Positions 1-7,208 of a DNA stretch of 40,387 nt are shown here, one piece after another; within the stretch, counting starts at the first letter, position 1, and the number at the start of each line of letters is the position of its first letter. A program made the translations under genes and the position numbers. A model generated the notes under the pieces. The model did not search any database, was not told where the DNA came from, and saw only the letters and a program-made list of their open reading frames with translations. Source of the DNA: an uncultured Planctomycetaceae bacterium (GTDB lineage Bacteria > Planctomycetota > SZUA-567); contig CAYWTJ010000001.1 in NCBI GenBank assembly GCA_964460225.1, positions 1 through 40,387 of the forward strand. The letters run 5' to 3'.

Positions 1-57
1 CGGCATAACAGCCGGTATCACTACTCACCGCTTGGGGGCCGGACTCCAGTACAGGCG

Positions 58-282
58 ATGGAGGCGAGTGGCATAAAGCCGGTGTTCCCGGCGAAGCTTG
101 CGGCGCGGAAGTTTCCCAAGCCCGTGCAGGGCACGTACCATGTGGTGCGCTTCATTCGCAGCGACGGGATTCTGGATGTCTTCGGTGAGCACTTCCAGCT
201 GCCGGAAGAAGTGGTTTACGAGTATGTGAACTGCTCATCGTTTCTCCACCAAGTAATCCGCCATTTATCGCGGTGCCGGTGA
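58..282 (+). CDS. hypothetical protein (the frame stays open to the window edge, so it may be the 3' end of a longer gene)
   Basis: ORF from the track. There is no in-frame stop between position 1 and 58. No recognisable motif. Confidence 0.25.
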   Translation: MEASGIKPVFPAKLAARKFPKPVQGTYHVVRFIRSDGILDVFGEHFQLPEEVVYEYVNCSSFLHQVIRHLSRCR

Positions 283-396
283 AGGTTTGCTGTCGTCTTT
301 TTATTCGCCATGATTCGCCCTTATTCATCACAATCCGTGTACATAATCCATGTACAAGCACCTTATAGCGACTATTTTTCCCGTGTCAAGCATAAA

Positions 397-436
397 GAAA
401 AAGCCTTGCAAGCGTAGTGCCTGCAAGGCGTTATTT
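397..436. terminator. bidirectional rho-independent terminator-like hairpin (GCCTTGCA..TGCAAGGC) flanked by an A-run and a T-run
   Basis: Seen in sequence: aaaaaGCCTTGCAagcgtagtgccTGCAAGGCgttatttgttt. On the minus strand it lies immediately 3' of the tRNA and is followed by TTTTTCTTT. Confidence 0.5.
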
Positions 437-439
437 GTT

Positions 440-516
440 TGGCGCGCCCAGAGGGGATCGAACCCCCGACCGCGGGATTAGAAATCCCGTGCTCTATCCA
501 ACTGAGCTATAGGCGC
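440..516 (-). tRNA. tRNA-Arg (anticodon TCT), CCA encoded
   Basis: Reverse complement is GCGCCTATAGCTCAGTTGGATAGAGCACGGGATTTCTAATCCCGCGGTCGGGGGTTCGATCCCCTCTGGGCGCGCCA. It has a 7-bp acceptor stem, a D arm GCTC/GAGC, an anticodon stem CGGGA/TCCCG with loop TTTCTAA, and a T arm GGGGG-TTCGATC-CCCTC. Confidence 0.85.
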
Positions 517-1120
517 TGTAAGGAGTTAAGAGCGTTCTTTCTTCTTTTACGCGACAACTCGTTTTCAAACTCCGCGGCAAGTTCGTCGCAGGACTGTCGA
601 TGCTTGCCGGATGGCCTTGGACGTAAACGGAGAGTTCCGTCCATAGGCCTACCGGCTGACTGTTGGACGACGTGGGGATTTTCCCCGCAATCGAACCACT
701 CGCTCACATAATGTATATCACAGGCTGTGAAAGTCAAGGCACCGCATCTCTTTCGTAATGACTTCCACAAAGCGGCCGATCATTTGTAATGCCCCGGTCC
801 TATGGCGCTTGAATTCCCGAAGGACATTATTTGATCGTTTTCCGCCGTTATTGGGTGGAAAATGCACATCCCGCCGGAGGCATTTTCGGGCTAATTTCGG
901 TGCGCACTCCTCCCCACTCGGAACCATTCGAGTTGTGATTGCCGTCTTAAGCTCGCTTCTGTCGCCTTCCCGCAGGCATACCGGTTGGCGAGTTTTTTTC
1001 ATTGTGCCCCGCAAGGCCGTGGTAAATTGCTTGCGCTGCCGAGGGGATTTTGATACCCTTCGACGGAAGGAGCGGTTGCGATTACGCGGAATGGGGACAG
1101 GAACCACGGGGAGGGAAAAA

Positions 1121-1708
1121 ATGGGCACCTGGTTTGCGGGAAGTCTGACTGAGCAGATTTTTCTGCTGGCAGCGTTAGTAGGCGGGCTGTTCTTTGCGCT
1201 GCGCTTGGGTATGAGCATGCTGGGCGGCGGGGATGCTCACGGCGTGGATCACGGCGCGGGGGCGGGTGACGGGGGGCACCATCCCGGCGATACCGACGCC
1301 AGCTTCCATGTCCTGACGATTCAGGGCGTGACGGCTTTTTTTCTCTTTGGCGGGTTGGCCGGGCTGGTGGGTGCCCGGCAGTTGGGGGTGGGCGACCTTC
1401 TGGCTACGCTGGCAGCGCTGGCGATCGGTGTGCTGGCGATGTTCGCCAACGCCTGGCTGGTAAAGTTGCTATTGGGGCTGCAGACGGTAGGAACGCTTCG
1501 CATGGAGCAGGCGATCGGGAAGGAAGGCGTCGTGTACCTGACCATTCATCCCGACAGCGGCGGGCAGATTCAACTTGAATTACAGGGCAGTCTGCAAACC
1601 CTTGAAGCGGTTTGCGAAAGCGGCAAGGAGATTGCGACTGGCGAGCGGGTCTGGGTGGTCGGCGTGCTGAATGGTTCGACCTTGTCCGTAGAGAAGCTGC
1701 CTGCCTGA
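1121..1708 (+). CDS. NfeD-like (YqiJ-type) membrane protein, partner of flotillin
   Basis: GGAGGG lies 6 nt upstream of the ATG, the in-frame internal start of track ORF 758..1708. It has two N-terminal TM helices, a Gly/His-rich linker and a C-terminal beta-rich OB-like segment. It sits 44 nt upstream of an SPFH/flotillin gene, the classical yqiJ-yqiK arrangement. Confidence 0.65.
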   Translation: MGTWFAGSLTEQIFLLAALVGGLFFALRLGMSMLGGGDAHGVDHGAGAGDGGHHPGDTDASFHVLTIQGVTAFFLFGGLAGLVGARQLGVGDLLATLAALAIGVLAMFANAWLVKLLLGLQTVGTLRMEQAIGKEGVVYLTIHPDSGGQIQLELQGSLQTLEAVCESGKEIATGERVWVVGVLNGSTLSVEKLPA

Positions 1709-1769
1709 ACAGTCGCGGAAAGCGAAAGACGGTGGCTCCTTCTGCCGTTGATTGGAAGCGGCTCAACGT

Positions 1770-3734
1770 ATGAGCAGCGGACGAAGCGGGCCGGGCAATA
1801 TGCAGGATGAATGGGAAGATTGGGGATACGGAATGAGTGCAAACAATCAAGCAAAACGGCCGCAACAGCCAGTTTCCGGGCAAAGCGGGCAACGACCGAA
1901 TGTCACGGAGCAGCAATTGCGGCAAGCCATGCAACAGGCGAAGTCGGCCACCGGGAGCGCACAGCAGCAGTCCTCCAGACCGTCCTCCGCAGGCAATGCC
2001 GGACAAGCCAGACCGCAGGCGCAATATGAACGGGTGGAAACGCCTTCGCGTACATACAACAACAACGGCAGCATAACACCGGCCCGTTCCGGCGGCTGCT
2101 TTTCATGGGGAGGGGGATGTCTGATGATTGCAAGTCTGTTGATCGGGATTCCGGCGATTACGTGGGCAATCGGCGGCGGCGGCGAGGGTGCGCCGTGGCT
2201 GCTGGTGCTGGCCGGGGTGGGGGTGGTATTCTTCTTTTCGATTCTCTGGTTCTGGGCATCGCGGTATGTGCGCTGCCCGTCGGATCGCATTCTCGTCGTT
2301 TATGGACGCACGCGTTCGGGGCAGGCGGCGAACTGCATTCACGGCGGCGGCGTCTTCGTCTGGCCGTTGATTCAGGATTACCGTTTCCTCAGCCTGACGC
2401 CGATGACCATCAGCATCCCCCTGCAAGGCGCGCTGTCGTTCCAGAACATCCGCATCAACGTCCCCAGCACCTTCACCGTCGGCGTGAGCACGCAGCCGGC
2501 GATCATGAGCAACGCCGCCGAACGTCTGCTGGGACTTGGGCAGGGCGACATTGAAACTATGGTGAAGGAGATCATCTTCGGCCAGTTGCGGCTAACAGTG
2601 GCCTCGCTGACCATTGAGCAGATCAATCAGGATCGCGAAAAGTTTCTGGAGGCCATCCGCCGCAACGTCGAGCCGGAATTGAATAAGGTTGGCCTGTTCC
2701 TGATTAACGTCAACATCACCGACATCACCGACGAGGCGGATTACATCGGCAGCATCGGCAAGAAGGCAGCCTCCGAGGCGGTCAACAAGGCCAAGATCGA
2801 CGTAGCCGAGCAGGAAAAAATCGGTGCGATCGGCGAGTCGCAGGCGACGCGCGAGATGGATATCCGCGTGGCAGAGAACGTCGCACAGGCCGAGAAGGGC
2901 AAGAAGCAGGCCGAGGCCGATAAGCGCGTCTTTGTCCAGCAGCAGGAAACGAGCGCCGCCATCGGCGAATCCGATGCGATGCGCGAAAAGGAAATTCGCG
3001 TGGCGGAAAATGCCGCGACAGCCGAGAAGGGCCGCAAACAGGCCGAGGCCGACAAGCGCGTCTATGTGCAGGAAAAAGAGGCTCTGGCGGTGTCGGGCGA
3101 GAACAAGTCGCGGGCGTTGATTGCGCAGTCGCAGGCGGAGTATGAGGTGGCGCTGGCGGAATCGAAGAAGCGCGGCGACGTGGCAAAGTTTGAGGCCGAA
3201 GCCGAAATCCAGAAGAGTCAGGCAAAGGCGGAATTGCAGCGCCTCAACGCGGTGGAAGTGGTGCGCGAAGAGACAGAGAAGGCGAAAATCGTGATCGCCG
3301 CACAGGCGCAAGCCGAGAAGGAACGCACCGTCGCGCAGGGCCACGCGGACGCGATTCTGAAGGAATACATGGCGAGCGCGGAAGGCACGAAAGCGGTGCT
3401 GGCGGCGAAGGCACTGGGCTACCAGTCTCTGATCGAGTCGTGCGGGGGCGATGCGAAGGCGGCGGCGACGCTCTTGATGGTCGAGAAGATCGAGGAAATG
3501 GTAAAACTGCAGGTCGAGGCGATCAAGAACATCAAGATCGACAAGGTGACGGTGTGGGACTCCGGCAGCAATGGCAAGAGCGGCAACGGCGCGGCGGAGT
3601 TTCTGTCGGGGATGGCCAAGAGCCTGCCGCCGCTGCACGACGTCGCCGCAATGGCCGGCATCGACCTGCCGCAGTTCCTCGGCAAGGTGAGCGCCGAACA
3701 GACGAGCACCGCGAATTCAACCACTTTGAAGTAG
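1770..3734 (+). CDS. flotillin-family SPFH/band-7 protein with a Gln/Ser-rich N-terminal extension. The start is uncertain (TTG 1752, ATG 1770 or ATG 1800).
   Basis: TM hairpin followed by RYVRCPSDRILVVYGR...VFVWPLIQDYRFLSLTPMTISI, which is SPFH. A long Ala/Glu/Lys coiled-coil carries an internal duplicated 46-aa unit (IGES.A.RE..IRVAEN...AEKG.KQAEADKRV). Confidence 0.8.
   Translation: MSSGRSGPGNMQDEWEDWGYGMSANNQAKRPQQPVSGQSGQRPNVTEQQLRQAMQQAKSATGSAQQQSSRPSSAGNAGQARPQAQYERVETPSRTYNNNGSITPARSGGCFSWGGGCLMIASLLIGIPAITWAIGGGGEGAPWLLVLAGVGVVFFFSILWFWASRYVRCPSDRILVVYGRTRSGQAANCIHGGGVFVWPLIQDYRFLSLTPMTISIPLQGALSFQNIRINVPSTFTVGVSTQPAIMSNAAERLLGLGQGDIETMVKEIIFGQLRLTVASLTIEQINQDREKFLEAIRRNVEPELNKVGLFLINVNITDITDEADYIGSIGKKAASEAVNKAKIDVAEQEKIGAIGESQATREMDIRVAENVAQAEKGKKQAEADKRVFVQQQETSAAIGESDAMREKEIRVAENAATAEKGRKQAEADKRVYVQEKEALAVSGENKSRALIAQSQAEYEVALAESKKRGDVAKFEAEAEIQKSQAKAELQRLNAVEVVREETEKAKIVIAAQAQAEKERTVAQGHADAILKEYMASAEGTKAVLAAKALGYQSLIESCGGDAKAAATLLMVEKIEEMVKLQVEAIKNIKIDKVTVWDSGSNGKSGNGAAEFLSGMAKSLPPLHDVAAMAGIDLPQFLGKVSAEQTSTANSTTLK
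2820..3090 (+). repeat. intragenic tandem duplication (about 138-nt unit, 2 copies) inside the flotillin coiled-coil region
   Basis: aagggcaagaagcaggccgaggccgataagcgcgtc compared with aagggccgcaaacaggccgaggccgacaagcgcgtc, about 139 nt apart. The protein-level repeat is visible. Confidence 0.6.
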
Positions 3735-3784
3735 TGAGTGGTGGATGCCGAGAGGCGCAGGAACCGATGTAAGGAGTGCAGCGA

Positions 3785-4105
3785 ATGTCCGAAGGAATAG
3801 AGGCAATTTTTTGGGTGGTGCTGTTGTTTGTCGGCGTGACCGGATTCTATATTTTGGTTTCCTATGCCCTTCCGATTTGGCAGCTACTCGGGGCGGCAGG
3901 AGTCGTTGTGTGTTGTCTGTTTGTTTTTGCCATGCTGCCCTTGCTTTTTGGCATTTGGTATATGGCGACTCACGGACTTCAGACGATTGGTCTATACTTC
4001 TTCGTAACCGGATTTATTGGCGTGTTTGCAGATGCCGGCTTTCTGCTGTGGTGTTTGAAGAATAAGCGCGCTTTTGCACCGAATGGCGGCAAACCCATCG
4101 AATAG
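3785..4105 (+). CDS. small integral membrane protein (3 TM), hypothetical
   Basis: AAGGAG lies 8 nt upstream of ATG 3785. The track GTG 3776 overlaps the RBS. The product is very hydrophobic. Confidence 0.5.
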   Translation: MSEGIEAIFWVVLLFVGVTGFYILVSYALPIWQLLGAAGVVVCCLFVFAMLPLLFGIWYMATHGLQTIGLYFFVTGFIGVFADAGFLLWCLKNKRAFAPNGGKPIE

Positions 4106-4146
4106 AACTGACGAAGATACAATAATCCTACCTTGTATATTTCATG

Positions 4147-4216
4147 CTGCCGGTCGCCTTCTCTTGCGTTCCCGGCAGCTTGTTTTTACAATGGGGTGAA
4201 ACGAAACGTTTCGTTT
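4147..4216 (+). promoter_or_regulatory. hydF upstream control region: a hairpin GCTGCCGG(n18)CCGGCAGC plus T-run; a sigma70-like promoter (TTGCGT-17-TACAAT); and a perfect 18-bp palindrome AAACGAAACGTTTCGTTT just downstream of the -10
   Basis: All seen directly in the sequence. The palindrome at about 4199-4216 is exactly self-complementary. The hairpin and the promoter are mutually exclusive readings. Confidence 0.35.
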
Positions 4217-4240
4217 GTCTCTGGAATTCACGAAGGGGAA

Positions 4241-5479
4241 ATGATGCAGACGGTGGCGCGGGGAATGCGGTTGCACATCGGGATCTTCGGGCGGCGGAAC
4301 GTCGGCAAATCCAGCCTGCTTAACGCCATCACCCGGCAGGCGGTGTCCATCGTCTCCGACACACCCGGCACGACCACCGACCCGGTGGAAAAACCGATGG
4401 AGCTGCTGCCGCTGGGGCCGGTGCTCTTCATTGACACAGCCGGCCTTGACGACGAGGGCGAGTTGGGGCAGATGCGCAACGAACGCACGAAGCTCGTCTT
4501 CGACCGCACCGATCTCGGCGTTCTCGTCTGTGAGCCGGGCACGTGGGGCGAATATGAAGATTTGATTCTCGCGGAGTTCAAGCGCCGCGAAATTCCGGTC
4601 ATTGCGGTCTTCAATAAATCCGATCTTGGTGCGCCCGATGCCGCACGGCTGGCGGCACTGAAGGAGGCGGGGGCGCAGACGGTGTGCGTCTCGGCGCAGT
4701 CGGGCGAAGGCATCGCGGAGGTGCGGCAGGCGCTGCTGGCGGCCGCGCCGGAGGACTTCGTGAATACCCCGGCGATTCTCTCCGACCTCGTGCCGGCGGG
4801 CGAGACGGCCGTGCTGGTGATCCCAATCGACAAGGAGGCGCCGAAGGGGCGTCTTATCTTGCCGCAGGTGATGGCGATCCGCGACCTGCTCGACAACGAC
4901 AGCATCTGCATGGTCGTCAAAGAGCGCGAACTGCGCGAGGCGCTGTCACGTCTGAACAAGCCGCCGAAGCTGGTGGTGACGGACTCACAGGCGTTTTTGA
5001 AGGTCGCGGCGGACACCCCGCCGGAGATTCCGATGACCAGCTTTTCGATCCTCTTTGCGCGTTTCAAAGGCGATCTCATGGCGCAGGTGCGCGGCACCCT
5101 GGCGATTGAATCGCTTAAGCCCGGCGACCGGGTGCTGGTAGCCGAATCCTGCACGCATCACCCCATCGGCGAGGACATCGGCCGGGTGAAAATCCCGCGC
5201 TGGCTGCGGCAGTACGTCGGCGGCGAACTGGAGTTCACACATGTGGCCGGACACGATTTCCCGCCGGATCTGGCGGAATACAAGCTCTGCATCCACTGCG
5301 GCGCGTGCATGACCAACCGGCGCGAAGTTCTCAGCCGTTTGCTGAAGTGTCAGGAGGCGGGAGTTCCGGTGACGAATTATGGGCTGGCCATCGCCTACAG
5401 CCTCGGCATCTTCAAGCGCGCACTGGCCCCCTTCCCCGCCGCCTTGGATCTCTATCATCACGTTCATAAAAAGGAATAA
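4241..5479 (+). CDS. hydF: [FeFe]-hydrogenase maturation GTPase HydF
   Basis: N-terminal GTPase with G1 GRRNVGKSS, DTPG and DTAG, NKSD. C-terminal FeS-binding signature CTHHP...(44)...HCGAC, the HydF CxH...HCxxC motif. GAAGGGG RBS. In-frame ATG inside track ORF 4133..5479. Confidence 0.85.
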   Translation: MMQTVARGMRLHIGIFGRRNVGKSSLLNAITRQAVSIVSDTPGTTTDPVEKPMELLPLGPVLFIDTAGLDDEGELGQMRNERTKLVFDRTDLGVLVCEPGTWGEYEDLILAEFKRREIPVIAVFNKSDLGAPDAARLAALKEAGAQTVCVSAQSGEGIAEVRQALLAAAPEDFVNTPAILSDLVPAGETAVLVIPIDKEAPKGRLILPQVMAIRDLLDNDSICMVVKERELREALSRLNKPPKLVVTDSQAFLKVAADTPPEIPMTSFSILFARFKGDLMAQVRGTLAIESLKPGDRVLVAESCTHHPIGEDIGRVKIPRWLRQYVGGELEFTHVAGHDFPPDLAEYKLCIHCGACMTNRREVLSRLLKCQEAGVPVTNYGLAIAYSLGIFKRALAPFPAALDLYHHVHKKE

Positions 5480-5519
5480 AACTTTCGGCAATTTTCGTCT
5501 CAAGAATGATGGGTGTGGC

Positions 5520-5547
5520 TTGACAACAACCCGCCACGTGGTATAGT
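5520..5547 (+). promoter_or_regulatory. sigma70-like promoter TTGACA-16-TATAGT upstream of the sugar kinase gene
   Basis: cTTGACAacaacccgccacgtggTATAGTat lies about 115 nt upstream of the start. A roughly 110-nt leader follows. Confidence 0.4.
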
Positions 5548-5665
5548 ATAGCATTGAATGCCAACGATGGCATAAATCGGCGTCGCACGCGGACGCAGGA
5601 AGAACCGGTGCGGGTTGCTGCTGCCGGATTTTAGTGAAATCAGGGTAACCGTAAGGAGTATGGCA

Positions 5666-6766
5666 ATGGCGTCGTTTGAGATCAAGCCGAAGGGTAGCTG
5701 TCTGTGGGACGAGGTGTCGCTGGGGGAAGTGATGGTCCGGTTTGATCCCGGTCTCAGCCGCGTGCATACCTCCCGTGTCTTCACCGCGTGGGAAGGCGGC
5801 GGCGAGTACAACGTCGCCCGCGGTCTGCGCCGCTGCTTCAACCTCAAGACCGCACACGTCACCGCCATTGTCGACAACGGCGTCGGCCGTCTGCTGGAAG
5901 ACCTCATTCTGCAGGGAGGCGTGGACATGAGCCACGTCAAGTGGGTCGAGTTCGACGGCATTGGCGCAAAAGCCCGCAACGGCCTGAACTTTACCGAGGC
6001 CGGCTTCGGCGTCCGGGGCGCGGTCAGTACCTCCGACCGCGGACACACCGCCGTCAGCCAGCTCAAGCCCGGCGACATCGACTGGGACACCGTTTTCGGT
6101 AAGGAAGGCGCGCGCTGGTTCCACTGCGGCGGCATCTTTGCCGCTCTGGGCAAGCACACCCCCGAGGTCGCAATTGAAGCGATGAAGGCCGCCAAGAAGC
6201 ACGGCACCATCACCAGCTACGACCTCAATTTCCGCGCCAGCCTCTGGAAGGACAACGGCGGCACCAAACGCGCAATGGAGGTCAACCGCGAAATCGCAAA
6301 ATATGTTGACGTCATGCTTGGCAACGAAGAAGACTTCACCAAGGCGCTCGGGTTCCATGTTGAGGGGCTGGACGAGAATTGCGCCCAACTTGATACCAAC
6401 AACTTCAAGAAGATGATTACAATGGCCGTCAAGGAATACCCGAACTTCAAAGCGGTAGCGACCACCCTGCGCGGGGTAAAAAGCGCGACGGTCAACGACT
6501 GGGGCGCGATTCTCTATACCGGCGGACAATTCTACGAGGCCAAGCCGTTCCCGAATCTGGAGATCTTCGACCGCGTCGGCGGCGGCGACTCGTTCGCTTC
6601 AGGGCTGATTTACGGCTTTTTGGCGGACAAGGCTCCGGCGCAAACGATCAACTACGGCTGCGTCCACGGCGCACTGGCGATGACCACGCCCGGAGACACG
6701 ACAATGGTTCGCCTTGCCGAGGTTGAGAAACTGGTTGGTGGCGGCAGTGCCCGCGTAGATCGCTAA
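5666..6766 (+). CDS. PfkB-family carbohydrate kinase (2-dehydro-3-deoxygluconokinase-like)
   Basis: AAGGAG lies 7 nt upstream of ATG 5666. N-terminal GG..N.A motif (EGGGEYNVARGL). C-terminal DRVGGGDSFASGLIYG anion-hole/catalytic motif typical of ribokinase/PfkB kinases. Confidence 0.8.
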   Translation: MASFEIKPKGSCLWDEVSLGEVMVRFDPGLSRVHTSRVFTAWEGGGEYNVARGLRRCFNLKTAHVTAIVDNGVGRLLEDLILQGGVDMSHVKWVEFDGIGAKARNGLNFTEAGFGVRGAVSTSDRGHTAVSQLKPGDIDWDTVFGKEGARWFHCGGIFAALGKHTPEVAIEAMKAAKKHGTITSYDLNFRASLWKDNGGTKRAMEVNREIAKYVDVMLGNEEDFTKALGFHVEGLDENCAQLDTNNFKKMITMAVKEYPNFKAVATTLRGVKSATVNDWGAILYTGGQFYEAKPFPNLEIFDRVGGGDSFASGLIYGFLADKAPAQTINYGCVHGALAMTTPGDTTMVRLAEVEKLVGGGSARVDR

Positions 6767-6797
6767 CGGCGAGCGCAAAACGACCGCAATCCCGATA

Positions 6798-6825
6798 AAA
6801 CCCGCCAGCGATGGCGGGTTTTCCT
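6798..6825 (+). terminator. rho-independent terminator of the kinase gene
   Basis: AAACCCGCCagcgatGGCGGGTTTTcc. A 9-bp GC stem and 6-nt loop with a T-run. Confidence 0.7.
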
Positions 6826-7111
6826 CTTCCAGCACAACAGCTTCCGTATCTTAGCTCGCAAATCCCGGGGGCATCGTTGTCAGCAGAGAGCCCCCTTGCG
6901 CCGGCAGGGCAATCGCATTCAAAACAGGTGGAAAAGCTTTTTGTTGCGAATTCATAACGACTTTCGTCTCGCACTTGCGGCAATGCGATCCGACGTGCTA
7001 CGTTTACATCATGTACAAACTGCGCTACACTCACCCATACCACGAATTCTACTGAGGTTACAGAAGAAAAGCAAGCGCTCTTCATGTTTGTCGTGGATAT
7101 TTAAAAGACGG

Positions 7112-7139
7112 TTGACTTTAATGGGTGGATTGCTACAAT
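7112..7139 (+). promoter_or_regulatory. sigma70-like promoter TTGACT-16-TACAAT upstream of the STAND NTPase gene
   Basis: gTTGACTttaatgggtggattgcTACAATatg lies about 70 nt upstream of ATG 7209. The RBS is AAAGGGAA. Confidence 0.45.
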
Positions 7140-7208
7140 ATGTACTGGCTATTGGGAATAACCACAGTCGCTTGATATACGATATGTATTTGAAGAAAAG
7201 GGAACTGT

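Noticed and set aside
670-700. GGGGATTTTCCCCGCAATCGAACC segment resembling a tRNA T-arm (possible tRNA fragment)
   Set aside because: The flanking bases do not form a T-stem or acceptor stem. It cannot be folded into a tRNA cloverleaf.
439-711. 90-aa plus-strand ORF and 87-aa minus ORF (507..770) over the tRNA region
   Set aside because: They overlap the tRNA-Arg gene and its flanks. The reading is explained by the tRNA.
758-1120. N-terminal 121 codons of track ORF 758..1708
   Set aside because: Extremely Arg-rich and not protein-like. An internal ATG at 1121 has a GGAGGG RBS and begins the membrane domain.
2592-3638. 348-aa minus-strand ORF antisense to the flotillin gene
   Set aside because: Arg/Leu/Ala-rich low-complexity translation typical of antisense reading of a high-GC gene. 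The sense strand has clear SPFH/flotillin motifs.
4228-6529. Long minus-strand ORFs (4228..5154, 4985..6529, 5500..6213) antisense to hydF and the sugar kinase
   Set aside because: No motifs and biased R/A/G/P composition. The sense-strand genes have RBSs and strong family signatures.
330-7015. Shared 9-mer CATGTACAA near the tRNA (about 345) and near the island edge (about 7003), considered as possible att direct repeats
   Set aside because: A 9-nt match is expected many times by chance in 40 kb. The interval would enclose core host genes (flotillin, hydF, kinase) with host-like GC.
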